From IMG/VR virus record IMGVR_UViG_3300033233_000020, positions 1 to 64,000 of that record: a stretch of DNA of 64,000 nucleotides, one strand, 5' to 3'. Position 1 is the first letter of the stretch. Each line of letters opens with the position of its first letter. This DNA is from a virus. Below the pieces are notes generated by a model. The model was not told the origin of the DNA. It searched no databases and saw nothing but the letters and a program-made list of their open reading frames with translations. Positions 47,402 through 57,252 of this stretch are shown here, piece by piece. The position numbers were made by a program, and so were the translations under genes.

Positions 47402-47907
47402 TATGTTCTCCGATAAATAGGGCCATACAAATCTTTTCTAGCAGCAGAAGCAGTGACGCCACGCGTGTTTAAAAGATTTTCAAAATCCTGTGGTCCATAA
47501 TAACCAGCTTGCCTGGCACTAGCTTTATCCCTAAGGGATTGCATCTCTCTGCCGTACTCTTGGTTTTTTAAAAATTCTTGGCCTGCCAGGTTAGCAACAA
47601 AGCCAATTTTTGCTTGGCGTTGTGCATTCTTCATAGAAGCTTCTGCTGCTTGGGTAGCCGCACCAGCACCATAGAGACTCATGAGCCCACCAGCAATTAA
47701 GCCAACAGGGCCTCCTGCCAACCCAAGCAATCCACTAGCAGCCCCACCTGCGGCAGCAGACCCACCTGCGGCAGCAGCTCCACTTGCGGCAGCAGCCGCC
47801 CCTGCACCAGCAGCAGCTCCACCTGCACCAGCAGCCGCCCCTAGCCCACCAAATGCAGAAGCCGGATTAAAAATGGCGGGATTAAAACCAGAAAAAGAAC
47901 CAAACAT
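47401..47907 (-). CDS. Ala/Gly-rich membrane-active protein (ejection/pilot candidate)
   Basis: GGAGG RBS; poly-Ala/Gly stretch then a hydrophobic helix. Confidence 0.6.
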   Translation of the reverse strand: MFGSFSGFNPAIFNPASAFGGLGAAAGAGGAAAGAGAAAAASGAAAAGGSAAAGGAASGLLGLAGGPVGLIAGGLMSLYGAGAATQAAEASMKNAQRQAKIGFVANLAGQEFLKNQEYGREMQSLRDKASARQAGYYGPQDFENLLNTRGVTASAARKDLYGPIYRRT

Positions 47908-47919
47908 CTAATCAACCTC

Positions 47920-48444
47920 CTAAAAGTATTTTACCACTTGAGGTGCTTGAAAATTCTCTGTCTGTCTTCCGAAAGCAGTTGCAGCTTCTCGGCCATACAT
48001 CTGCCCTGCGTTTGCAATTTGACCAGGAATATTAGTAATTGTTTTAAGTAAGTTTGTAGCTACTAACTCTTGAAATTCAAGGGGTCTTGCTTTTAATCGG
48101 TTAGCGAATTGCCTTTGCTCAGTCATATCTAAAATCTTAGAATAATTCTCTAACAGCTGATTGTCACTTTGCTGTCTCATTTGATTACCAAAAAGCTGAG
48201 CCATGGCCATGCTACGTGCAGTTTCATCAGGAATAGCATTAGCTGCATTGACAGCAGCTTGAAAATCCTGACCACCAAATCCACCCATATTACTAGATAT
48301 TCCTTGTGGAGGCTCTAGTAGTGTTACCGGTGTGGTTACCGTGGGATCTAGTTTAGTTCTAAACGCGTTACTGTAATTTGGGTCAAAACCCTGGAACCCA
48401 CTAGCAAGAAGATTACCAAAAGCTTGTGAAGAAGCAGATGCCAT
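47920..48444 (-). CDS. Hypothetical protein (internal virion candidate)
   Basis: ORF in the operon. Confidence 0.6.
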   Translation of the reverse strand: MASASSQAFGNLLASGFQGFDPNYSNAFRTKLDPTVTTPVTLLEPPQGISSNMGGFGGQDFQAAVNAANAIPDETARSMAMAQLFGNQMRQQSDNQLLENYSKILDMTEQRQFANRLKARPLEFQELVATNLLKTITNIPGQIANAGQMYGREAATAFGRQTENFQAPQVVKYF

Positions 48445-48449
48445 GTTAT

Positions 48450-49403
48450 TTACCCGAATGCGATACTAGGTGCTTGAAGGTTAGCACTTGCGTAAGGATT
48501 AGATTGCAATGCAGTACGTAACGTTGCACCCATCTCAGCCTGACTGCCTGTTGCTAGTTTACCAGCGGTTGCCAAGGTTCCAAGCATCGCATACTGTTGG
48601 CCTTGTGTAGCCATCAATGCTTGCTGACGTACTAGGTTAGCATTGTTCATCTTTTGAATCAAAGGATTCATCCTTTGCATATCAAGATAATCTTGCTCAC
48701 TATTGAACAAACGTAAATCTTTAATATTGCTGGTTTGAATTCCTTGAGCACGACCAAATAAATCAAGTCCTTGATCAGCCATTAAATACTGTTCAGCAAG
48801 TTGATTTTTTAAATCATCTTTCCCAGTAATAGGATCACCAGTTAAAGAACGCTTGGTACTTTCAGCTAGCTGTGCTCCAATATTACCACTAATCATGCCA
48901 CCAGCTACAGGCAAAGCAGCTTGCCCTAATTTACCTAGTAGACCAACAATGCCAGGAGCTTTGGCAACTCCACCAAGAACAGCCTTACCTAAACCAACAC
49001 CAACAGCAGAACCCAGTAAACCTCCACCAAGAGCACCTAAAGCGCCTGTTGGACGGCCAGCTTGTGCTTCTTCTACTGCGGTGAATACAGGAGCGATGGT
49101 ACCGCCTATTAAACCAACGCGGCCCATAGGAATATTTTGTAACGTCCCTGGCAATTGACCCAATGCTGCGCGAGCACGTGTAAGTTGTTCTTGCGCAAAA
49201 TCTTTTGCGTTATTAAAACGAGAAGCTTGTACGTTTTGCTGTGTAATATCAACGTCACTTAAAAAGGGTTGTGACGTACCTGCTACAGAACGCCTTTGCT
49301 TAAGGGTTATATCCTCAAGAGGTGAACGCGCACCATAAGTGTTAACTCCCCCTAGGTCAACACCTGCTTGTAATGCAGCTAACTGTTCGGGAGTAAGGGC
49401 CAT
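48450..49403 (-). CDS. Gly/Ala-rich hydrophobic protein (ejection candidate)
   Basis: GxxxG-rich hydrophobic core. Confidence 0.6.
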   Translation of the reverse strand: MALTPEQLAALQAGVDLGGVNTYGARSPLEDITLKQRRSVAGTSQPFLSDVDITQQNVQASRFNNAKDFAQEQLTRARAALGQLPGTLQNIPMGRVGLIGGTIAPVFTAVEEAQAGRPTGALGALGGGLLGSAVGVGLGKAVLGGVAKAPGIVGLLGKLGQAALPVAGGMISGNIGAQLAESTKRSLTGDPITGKDDLKNQLAEQYLMADQGLDLFGRAQGIQTSNIKDLRLFNSEQDYLDMQRMNPLIQKMNNANLVRQQALMATQGQQYAMLGTLATAGKLATGSQAEMGATLRTALQSNPYASANLQAPSIAFG

Positions 49404-49433
49404 CTATACATGTATTACATTAATTAAATTCTA

Positions 49434-50363
49434 TCACTGCATATCTTGTTGGTATTCAACAAGCGTTGGTAATCTTGGTCGATTACCTTGTGCGATTGCT
49501 TCGTTGATAACGGTACCAATCGCAGCACCAGCAGCAGAACCTAAGCCTGCGCCAACAATGCCCCTACGGAAGGCCTGCTTGGGTCCAGGAGCTGTCCTGA
49601 TTGCTGCTGCGGTACCAGCTAAGCCAGCAGCCGCTGTTGTGGCTGAGGCTATGTTTACGGGGTAACCAAGGACACGTAACTCTGGGACGCCTTCTAAGTT
49701 CTCAGGTGTGGCTTTGACTAGCCCCATGAGACCTTTGTCTTGATAATAATTCCGCATAAACTGACTATAACGCTCAGGCGTTAAGTCAGGAATATCTTCT
49801 TTTGCTGTTTCATATTTTAGTGGTCGGCCGGAGCGACCCAAAAAGAAACGTTCAAATAATTCAAGACCTGGTTGAGTGGTTTCCCTACGATCTTCTGAAC
49901 CTTCTTCTGCGTAACTCTGAGCGTATCCCTTGGGACGAAACATCTCGCCGACATTGGTAATGTCATAGTTACCTGCAAGTGCTGTGGCTGGTAACGCAAT
50001 AGCGGAACCAATCAGACCGGTCTTTAGTGGACCCAGCTCCTTGTAAGTTTCTTTACCAATGGTCTTTTCAATTCCTTTCTCAAGTATTGCAAGCGGATGG
50101 TTGTACCGCCAATAAACACCACGTGTACCATCATTGGTGATGTCTGTGGCAATACGTGCTGCCATAGCACCAACTGCTTGAAGAGGAGTCTCCTTAAAAG
50201 AAACACCCCTACTTGCTAATTCTTTTTTGTAAGGACTGGCAAGATTTAAAACACTTGGATATGCTTCGTTTGCTGCTTTGCTTGATTCCGCACTCTTACG
50301 TGCGCCAAGTAACACTTGTCTACCACCATGTAACAGTGCTTGAAAGGGACCTGGATTAGACAC
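49434..50363 (-). CDS. Hypothetical virion protein
   Basis: 309-aa ORF with a Gly/Ala-rich C-terminus. Confidence 0.6.
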   Translation of the reverse strand: MSNPGPFQALLHGGRQVLLGARKSAESSKAANEAYPSVLNLASPYKKELASRGVSFKETPLQAVGAMAARIATDITNDGTRGVYWRYNHPLAILEKGIEKTIGKETYKELGPLKTGLIGSAIALPATALAGNYDITNVGEMFRPKGYAQSYAEEGSEDRRETTQPGLELFERFFLGRSGRPLKYETAKEDIPDLTPERYSQFMRNYYQDKGLMGLVKATPENLEGVPELRVLGYPVNIASATTAAAGLAGTAAAIRTAPGPKQAFRRGIVGAGLGSAAGAAIGTVINEAIAQGNRPRLPTLVEYQQDMQ

Positions 50364-50934
50364 CGACTATAGCCCCCATCTGACGACCGATACCAGCGAT
50401 GTCATATTGCTGTGGATTTAAGGCATCTTCAAGAGCACTACGCAGGGCGACATTTTCAAGACCTTGTGCCTGAAGCATGGTGCCAGGGAAATAAGAGTTG
50501 GGTGCACCACCGGCAAGCATACCCTTGTTAATTAAATCCCTTTGGACATTTTGCTGAAGAATCTGTTGTTGCTGTAAAGCTTGATCCTGTGGTGGGATGT
50601 ACGGTTTCTCTAGAGAAGATACAGCTAAACCAGATAGAACAGACGCAACAATGTTGGTGGGTATCTCTAGGGAAGAGCGTGGGTTCTCGGTTCGTATCTT
50701 ACCAGTTGCCGTATCTTTTATCTGCACTGGTGACTTGGGGCGCAAACCACGCACTGCAAGAGTTGCTGGATATGAAAATAAAAAGTCTGCCGCACCGTAT
50801 TTTAATGCTGCCCCAGGATCACCAGCCAATAAACCCATGCCTGTAGTGAGGGCTGCACTGATACCAGCATCCATAGCCACTCCAGGATTCTTCTTGATCA
50901 GGTTCATTAAACCCTGGAAAACCTGGCCTTTCAT
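50356..50934 (-). CDS. Hypothetical virion protein
   Basis: ORF with TATAAT upstream. Confidence 0.6.
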   Translation of the reverse strand: MKGQVFQGLMNLIKKNPGVAMDAGISAALTTGMGLLAGDPGAALKYGAADFLFSYPATLAVRGLRPKSPVQIKDTATGKIRTENPRSSLEIPTNIVASVLSGLAVSSLEKPYIPPQDQALQQQQILQQNVQRDLINKGMLAGGAPNSYFPGTMLQAQGLENVALRSALEDALNPQQYDIAGIGRQMGAIVGV

Positions 50935-50969
50935 ATACGTATCTTTTTACTTATTATACGAGACTTAAA

Positions 50970-51542
50970 TTAAGTATTCTCAGGACGCTCTTCTTTTTTC
51001 TTATCAAATCCTGATTCACCGGACAACAAGCTTGCAACAGACACGTTGCCATCCGCTTCATTTTCTACGCGGCTTTCAGCAGCAGCCATAATATTACCCT
51101 TGGGATCTGGATTACGTACACTGGGAAGTGGGTTTCTAACTTTATCTTTTTGTGAAATTGTTGGGCTTAAACGATAAGCATCTACCCAAGTCTCTTTGAA
51201 ATCAGGAGCAGATTTAAAATTCATATTTGTCCTGGCGCGGCCTAGATCAAAATCAAATAACTCAGAACGTTCAGTATCAAAACGACCAAGGCCAGCAAAG
51301 ACCTCATACTCTTCTGGTTGATTGCCTACAAAATTAAGACGAGGATTAAGAGCAAGCTTTCGTGTTACTAGTTTGTTACTTAGTTCTCTTGCGCCAAACC
51401 TATTAATATTAAAGGGAGGTTCGCCTTCAGAAGATTTAGCTTGAAATGAATCAGCGTAGTCAACTTTCTTTTGCTTTAGAAAAGATTGCCCTACTTCATC
51501 AATGTAATCAGAAGGATTACTTAGTCGGCTATCTCTTGGCAT
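50970..51542 (-). CDS. Hypothetical protein
   Basis: Coupled ORF. Confidence 0.6.
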   Translation of the reverse strand: MPRDSRLSNPSDYIDEVGQSFLKQKKVDYADSFQAKSSEGEPPFNINRFGARELSNKLVTRKLALNPRLNFVGNQPEEYEVFAGLGRFDTERSELFDFDLGRARTNMNFKSAPDFKETWVDAYRLSPTISQKDKVRNPLPSVRNPDPKGNIMAAAESRVENEADGNVSVASLLSGESGFDKKKEERPENT

Positions 51543-51778
51543 TAGCTATTTTCCTTTTCAGATTTTTTCTTCTTATGTAAGCCTACTAGCGTTTGACGCA
51601 ACCGCGCTTGTTTCACCGTTTTTTCGTCATACTTATCAGGGCTGCCCAATACGTTTGACTGAAGTTGTGCCGATGTGATACCACGGCGCTTTGCTTTTGC
51701 TGTAAATGCACCTTCCTTCATCTCAGTCTTTTGAATCCACTTCTTATCTTTTTTCTTTTTATTGTCAGCCATGATCAA
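51542..51778 (-). CDS. Small basic phage protein
   Basis: KKWIQK...KEGAFTAKAK...KQARL..TL motif. Confidence 0.65.
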   Translation of the reverse strand: MIMADNKKKKDKKWIQKTEMKEGAFTAKAKRRGITSAQLQSNVLGSPDKYDEKTVKQARLRQTLVGLHKKKKSEKENS

Positions 51779-54700
51779 CCCCTCTGGTAAAACACATTGC
51801 GTTGAATGGGTTTTACAGTCTGACTTAGTGGAACCATTCTACCCTGCCTACGCACCATACGTTCCTTGGGTTGACGATCAGCAAAACTCCAAGTATCGAC
51901 TTCATCTTCGTCAAGTAAATCTTTACGTGGATTCTTTTTAAGCACGTAGTTTTCTGCTGTATCCCGCTCCAAGGCTTTTGTATAGAAATCTAAAGCAGAG
52001 TCAGGTGTGTAACCCCTGGGCGAAAGGGGATTAGTTTCCAGTACTCCTGGTATCACGGGTTGATCACTCCCTCCTGGTACGCGCACTTTATTTATTGCTC
52101 TGTTAATAGTCGGCCCCGGTTGTACACCGCGCTTATAAGCAGCTTGTGCCATCAGTTTATTACCAAAATCCTGAAGTTGTGCACCAGTTGTACCATAACG
52201 GGAAACAGTTTCTGATTCACTCAGGTTACCAAGGCCAGCGGGGATAACCCCCATGCCTTCACCAAGATTTAACGCACCACGAACAACGCGTCCCCCAGGA
52301 GTTAAGTTTGCATTTAAAGCAAGTTGATTACGCTCTTGTAATTGACGTTGAGAAGTTGGTTCAAGTAAAACTTTAAGTTGCCCTGGAGTATACTGATAGT
52401 TTCCTTCAAGGACACGAGATGCAGGCCCCGATGCAGCAGCGGCTGATCCTGTGTATGGATTAGACGTACGTGCTGTAGAACCTGTGCTAATTCTTGCGTT
52501 TCTAGCTCCAGGGGTTTCCATTTCCCTGCGTAACTTAGACATCAAGGAACCAACTTGAGTATTAGCTGTTCCCGTAAAATTAACACCTTGATTTTGTGCT
52601 AATTCAATAAGCCTTTGTTGGGAAGTAGTACTTATACGTGGCGTAAAGAACGCAACGTTTCTTTTATCCGGATAATCTTCCCCAATGGTCATGGGATCAA
52701 CACCACCGCCACCCGTGGTTTCATAACGCCCTGGGATTGGAATTTTTTCATCATCAGTTGCATATACAATGTAACCGCCCCGATTAGTTACCATCTTGCC
52801 TTTTTCATCGCGCAAAGGAACTAATCGACCATCTGAATCAACTTTAAATTTCTTACCGTAAACCGGAGTATTTTTTTCAGTTTTTAAAAGATTCATTGCA
52901 AACGTAGTACCGGCTTTGTCTATACCGTAATCACCTTCTTTTAAAATAGGAAGATTAATTCCTTTTTTATTCATCAAGAAATTATCAATTCTTTCTGTAA
53001 TAAAATTTTGATAATGATAAGGCTCGCCTATATCAGCCAAGGTAAGACCTTGCTTAAGTCCTGTGGTTAATAGCTCCGGATCTACACGCCGCAGATAAGC
53101 AGCCTTTTCTTTGGGATTATTGAAATATGCGTCTTTAGCAGCTTCTGCTTCATCCTGTAGTTCAGAACGAGATAAAGTTAGTTTTGTAAGGGGCGCATTT
53201 GGAACATCAACAAAGGGACTGCCTGCCGCATCTGGCTTAACGCCAGGAATGCGACTACGACGATAACCAACTAATGGCTCTTCTTCGTCCAGGAGTTCTT
53301 TACCTGGTGCAGAATACAACAAACCATCATCACCCTTTATTACACCTGAATTCTTTCGCCATTCTGATACTGGTTGGGTCGTGAGAAACTGGCTAACATT
53401 AACTTGATCTGATTGAGAACCACCAACAAGCTTGCTTCCCTGTGTGTTGATATCTGCAGATACTACCCTTTTGTTTTGCCGATTACCGACTTCAAGCGAT
53501 TTAAGATAGCTGCTCAAATTAGCATCAGCATTTAATTTACCTTTTAATGCATTTGCTTCTTCAAAAGAAATAGCATCAGCATTTAATAAAGCGTTGATGT
53601 TTTTAATTTCTTCTTCATAACTTGGCGCGGCAACTATACCTCTCGTCTGAGCATTATCTGCATCCCGGCGCAAGGGAAGAACAACGTCCTGGAACCGCTC
53701 CTCACGTTCAGATCCAGAAGCAGCCCCTCTCATTGTTTGGGTAGCTCCAGGGATCATAGTTGTTCCTTGGTTGGTTTTTTCTTTAAACGCTTCTGTCTCA
53801 ATTAAAAGATTACCAACACCTTCCGTGTCTCCATATTCAGCGCCACCATACTTACCGCCCGTCATCACTTCGGTTGGATCAATATTTACATCATCAACCA
53901 TTTGAACAAAATTACCTGTATTGGGATCACGTACAAGACCTGCTTCATTTAACTGTTCTATTTGCCTGAGTTGCTGCCAATCTGTAGTGTCAACAAGATT
54001 TGTCAACCCTTCACCACCAGCGCCTCTGGTCTGTTTGGAATAAGTAGGACTACCTGGCATCGAAGCTGCTGCGCCACCAGCAATTTCAAAGGTTGGGTTT
54101 GCACTCACACGACCCGCTCGCTCCTCAGGGGCTTCTCCAAGATACTTTTTAAGATCTTCAGTTTTGATATTAGGATTCAGAAACATATCTCGCATTTCCC
54201 TTGGATAAGACACCGAAGCCATGGTGCGATCTAGGATCTCTTGCGGGCTAAGACGATTTATACCAATGCCTTCACGTCCAGCAGAATCAGAAAATTCAGC
54301 AAGCCTGACTTGATTCCCACGAACGTTTACTCCTAATGCTCTTAATTTTTTAGCATCTTCAGCAGAGCGAAGTGAAAGAGTACCTGTTAAGTCAGCAGCA
54401 ATTCTACCACCTTTTTCGTAGATATTTTCTTGATACCTTCGATTTGCATTTCCCATCTCTTCTAACAGTTCTTCTGTCTCCCAAGGGTTACTTGTAAGTA
54501 CGGAGGGCTTCCTTTTAACTTGATCAACAGGGGAACCATCTGGTAATTGAGAAGCAACGCGAGCAGCTTCAGCAGAAACATTTTCTGCTTGTCGACTAAA
54601 CCTTACAAAATCGGTATCTGGTTTGGTGTGTTGCGTGACGTTCCCAGTAGTTTGGTCAACAGGAACACCATCTGGTAATTGAGAAGCAACACGATTGATT

Positions 54701-55350
54701 GGCTCATCTTGCTCCATCATCCAATTACGTTGCTCACTTGCAATATCTTCAAGTATTTCAATTTGGCCTAGATCAAGATCTTCATTACGTTGTAATTGAT
54801 TTTTTACACGGCCTGTTGCTTGGTCTTCCCCAGACTCCAAAGCAGCTATAGCTTGTCTTACATTGAACCCACCAGTTGTCTGTTGTTGATCAACAAGAGT
54901 ATTGGCGATATCTACTTTGCTAAGAACATCAGCCACTGCATCATCAACTGCGGAGCTAATATCCACTGCTTGTTTTACAGGTGCTACTGGAGCATCCATA
55001 ACGACTTTTGAAGGTGCTACGGATGTTGGTTTGGTCCTCCCGGCTTCCCTTATTTGTTCTGTGTCATATTTTGATAAATCAAATGAGGAAACACCCGACT
55101 GACCGGTCGCCTTGCCAGATCGCAACATGCGTCGAGCAGCAAGACCTGCTCCAGTAAGCCCAGCAAGACCTAAACCTATTCCAAGTCCAAGAGCTAAGGG
55201 GTTGCTGTTACTGGATTCTTGTGATTTAAGTTGATTGCGCCGAAATTCCAAAACCTCAGGCGCTTGTTGAGCACGTTCTTCCGGTGATTCTGGGTAAGGT
55301 TGTCCCGTTGCACGGGAATAAGCGTAAAAATCAGCAGGAGCAAGTGCCAC
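51775..55350 (-). CDS. Very large hypothetical protein (internal virion/ejection candidate)
   Basis: 1191-aa ORF; N-terminal TM-like LGLGIGLGLAGL; internal repeat RVASQLPDG.PVDQ occurs twice. Confidence 0.75.
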   Translation of the reverse strand: MALAPADFYAYSRATGQPYPESPEERAQQAPEVLEFRRNQLKSQESSNSNPLALGLGIGLGLAGLTGAGLAARRMLRSGKATGQSGVSSFDLSKYDTEQIREAGRTKPTSVAPSKVVMDAPVAPVKQAVDISSAVDDAVADVLSKVDIANTLVDQQQTTGGFNVRQAIAALESGEDQATGRVKNQLQRNEDLDLGQIEILEDIASEQRNWMMEQDEPINRVASQLPDGVPVDQTTGNVTQHTKPDTDFVRFSRQAENVSAEAARVASQLPDGSPVDQVKRKPSVLTSNPWETEELLEEMGNANRRYQENIYEKGGRIAADLTGTLSLRSAEDAKKLRALGVNVRGNQVRLAEFSDSAGREGIGINRLSPQEILDRTMASVSYPREMRDMFLNPNIKTEDLKKYLGEAPEERAGRVSANPTFEIAGGAAASMPGSPTYSKQTRGAGGEGLTNLVDTTDWQQLRQIEQLNEAGLVRDPNTGNFVQMVDDVNIDPTEVMTGGKYGGAEYGDTEGVGNLLIETEAFKEKTNQGTTMIPGATQTMRGAASGSEREERFQDVVLPLRRDADNAQTRGIVAAPSYEEEIKNINALLNADAISFEEANALKGKLNADANLSSYLKSLEVGNRQNKRVVSADINTQGSKLVGGSQSDQVNVSQFLTTQPVSEWRKNSGVIKGDDGLLYSAPGKELLDEEEPLVGYRRSRIPGVKPDAAGSPFVDVPNAPLTKLTLSRSELQDEAEAAKDAYFNNPKEKAAYLRRVDPELLTTGLKQGLTLADIGEPYHYQNFITERIDNFLMNKKGINLPILKEGDYGIDKAGTTFAMNLLKTEKNTPVYGKKFKVDSDGRLVPLRDEKGKMVTNRGGYIVYATDDEKIPIPGRYETTGGGGVDPMTIGEDYPDKRNVAFFTPRISTTSQQRLIELAQNQGVNFTGTANTQVGSLMSKLRREMETPGARNARISTGSTARTSNPYTGSAAAASGPASRVLEGNYQYTPGQLKVLLEPTSQRQLQERNQLALNANLTPGGRVVRGALNLGEGMGVIPAGLGNLSESETVSRYGTTGAQLQDFGNKLMAQAAYKRGVQPGPTINRAINKVRVPGGSDQPVIPGVLETNPLSPRGYTPDSALDFYTKALERDTAENYVLKKNPRKDLLDEDEVDTWSFADRQPKERMVRRQGRMVPLSQTVKPIQRNVFYQRG

Positions 55351-55453
55351 TTATTGCAATAACCATGTTTCTATACACTTATTTTAAATGTAAAAATTTA
55401 AAACGGATCAAATGCTATAGACTATATAGATACTGAGTACCGCACCAAGGCAA

Positions 55454-55684
55454 ATGCCAAGATATGGTGAAAAGACAGACAACGATATGTTGTTTGAACG
55501 CGCAGTTGCCTTTAAGGCTATCGCTACCAAGGCAGAAGAGCTTGGGGAAAAAGGAGCACTACCTTTTGAAGTACGTTCTTTCATCCAAGGGGCAAATAAA
55601 GAACTTGCAAATCAAGTGCCTGACCCTGAAATGTACAGCAAAGCGTTAAAAGTTGCAGCAACACAAAAAGTTAACAGAAGTTAA
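55454..55684 (+). CDS. Hypothetical protein
   Basis: ORF divergent from the late block. Confidence 0.55.
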   Translation: MPRYGEKTDNDMLFERAVAFKAIATKAEELGEKGALPFEVRSFIQGANKELANQVPDPEMYSKALKVAATQKVNRS

Positions 55685-55940
55685 ATAAAATAAACGCAAA
55701 TTTGGGGTAAAAATTAGGGCTAAGGCCCTTTTTTACTGACATTTTTTAATGTAAATAATTTTTTATAGTTTTTATTCAACATGTAATCTGTATTTGTACT
55801 AGGACGTTTTTGTACATACAAAAAGCCTCACTTTTTTACCTATTAGGGGTAAGATTTACTCAACCCTTCTCACATACCCTACCCGAATATAAGTACGTAG
55901 AGAAAAAAAGAAAGGCGGGATGGGTTGAATAAGAGTAACG

Positions 55941-55980
55941 GGGGCTGCGCATCCGAGCAACGCAGAAAACCAACGCACTT
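55941..55980 (+). repeat. Leader repeat family IV, copy 1 (GGGGCTGCGCATC..CGCAGA..CAAC.CACTT)
   Basis: Second copy at 56405-56440; CTGCG/CGCAG stem in both. Confidence 0.7.
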
Positions 55981-55988
55981 TCAGTCAA

Positions 55989-56279
55989 ATGACACCAGCA
56001 ACAACAGCAACAGCACCAACAGCTAAGTGGAAGCATAACTGGCGTGAATCAACTGGCAACAGGCCAGTAGACGCCAAGCTTTTCCACAGCTATGTGGAAC
56101 AAGCGTATGAATTACTTAAGGAGTTTACTTCAGCAGACTTCTTATACCACGATGTGCGAGAGGTTTGCCAACCACAGTATCTGTTCAGTGTCGTATCTGA
56201 CATGACTGAGTGTAAGCTCAGCATGAAGATATATAACACTGAGTCAGGACTACGCGTCATTACCATCCATAAGGTATAA
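55989..56279 (+). CDS. Early hypothetical protein
   Basis: First ORF of the + strand early block. Confidence 0.6.
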   Translation: MTPATTATAPTAKWKHNWRESTGNRPVDAKLFHSYVEQAYELLKEFTSADFLYHDVREVCQPQYLFSVVSDMTECKLSMKIYNTESGLRVITIHKV

Positions 56280-56373
56280 TACCAGCCAATAAGCTGTCGT
56301 TCACCCCAAACCCCTTGCTATCACTACGTTCTTATACCCATTTAGGCTAAGTATCTAGGTGGGGCAAATAAGA

Positions 56374-56402
56374 TTGTCGTAGCAATTAGGGCTATGTATA
56401 AA
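56374..56402 (+). promoter_or_regulatory. Putative early promoter TTGTCG-17-TATAAA
   Basis: Directly precedes leader repeat IV copy 2. Confidence 0.5.
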
Positions 56403-56404
56403 CA

Positions 56405-56440
56405 GGGGCTGCGCATCTGTAACACGCAGACAACTCACTT
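56405..56440 (+). repeat. Leader repeat family IV, copy 2
   Basis: GGGGCTGCGCATCTGTAACACGCAGACAACTCACTT. Confidence 0.7.
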
Positions 56441-56453
56441 GCCTATCAACATC

Positions 56454-56675
56454 ATGGATTACAACTTTTGGGATCCTAGTAAAGACTCCCTTTGGGGAGT
56501 TTACGAGAAAGGACAATGCGTTTATGTTTATTGCTCCAAGCTTGAAGCTCAATTTGCTGCCGAAGACATTGGCGGTCAATTGGTTGAAGTCAGCAATCAA
56601 GAGCTGCCAGACTTTTGGTTTTACAACGCAGGTCTCAATTTAATTCGCACAGGTTGTTATCACCAAGTCTACTGA
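56454..56675 (+). CDS. Early hypothetical protein
   Basis: ATG after the leader repeat. Confidence 0.55.
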   Translation: MDYNFWDPSKDSLWGVYEKGQCVYVYCSKLEAQFAAEDIGGQLVEVSNQELPDFWFYNAGLNLIRTGCYHQVY

Positions 56676-56748
56676 ACTGTAGTACTCCGTTTGCGGAGGG
56701 CCAGGTGCAACTCCTGGCTTCAGTTATTGCCTCCAGCGGAGATAGGCA
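56671..56748 (+). ncRNA. Structured repeat family I (T-loop three-way junction + hairpin), copy 1
   Basis: AACTG/CAGTT; CTCCG-TTTG-CGGAG; GCCAGG-TGCAACT-CCTGGC. Confidence 0.65.
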
Positions 56749-56768
56749 CCGCACACACGGAGAACACC

Positions 56769-56987
56769 GTGACCAACACTACTACAGCTACACTTCCTAC
56801 CAGGGAAGAGCTAGCTAACACGGCCTACGATCTCATCCAGTTCTGGATGGAGTCAGGCCACTCGCAACTACTAAGCCGTGAGCAAGCACTTGAGATTGCC
56901 GCATGGGGTCTCAAGATTGCTGGCGAACGCGAGTTGCAAGCCCAAGTTCTTGCGGAGCTTGTAGAGCTTCCCGAGAACTACGGCTGA
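56769..56987 (+). CDS. Early hypothetical protein
   Basis: GGAG RBS then GTG; bounded by family I repeats. Confidence 0.55.
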   Translation: MTNTTTATLPTREELANTAYDLIQFWMESGHSQLLSREQALEIAAWGLKIAGERELQAQVLAELVELPENYG

Positions 56988-57050
56988 TCCGTCAAAGCGG
57001 AAGGCAGGGTGCAATTCCCTGCTCAGCAATTACCACTCACTGAGAGTGGT
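56983..57050 (+). ncRNA. Structured repeat family I, copy 2
   Basis: GCTGA/TCAGC; TCCG/CGGA; GCAGGG-TGCAATT-CCCTGC; ACCACTC-ACTGA-GAGTGGT. Confidence 0.7.
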
Positions 57051-57063
57051 CAACTCAACCGTC

Positions 57064-57252
57064 ATGTCTAACTACAAAACATTCAGCTTCGCTGTCACAG
57101 GCGTTGTAGCAACCATGGCTATTGTTTGTCACCTTGGTGTACAAGCACTAGACAAGGCTACAGCCGAACAATGCAAGACACATGCATGGCCTCAGGTTGC
57201 ACATCAAGTCCACATGGACTGGTGTGCAGACAATGGCTATGCAACCAACTGA
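57064..57252 (+). CDS. Small membrane-anchored early protein
   Basis: TM helix then QCKTHAWP...WC..NGY. Confidence 0.6.
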   Translation: MSNYKTFSFAVTGVVATMAIVCHLGVQALDKATAEQCKTHAWPQVAHQVHMDWCADNGYATN

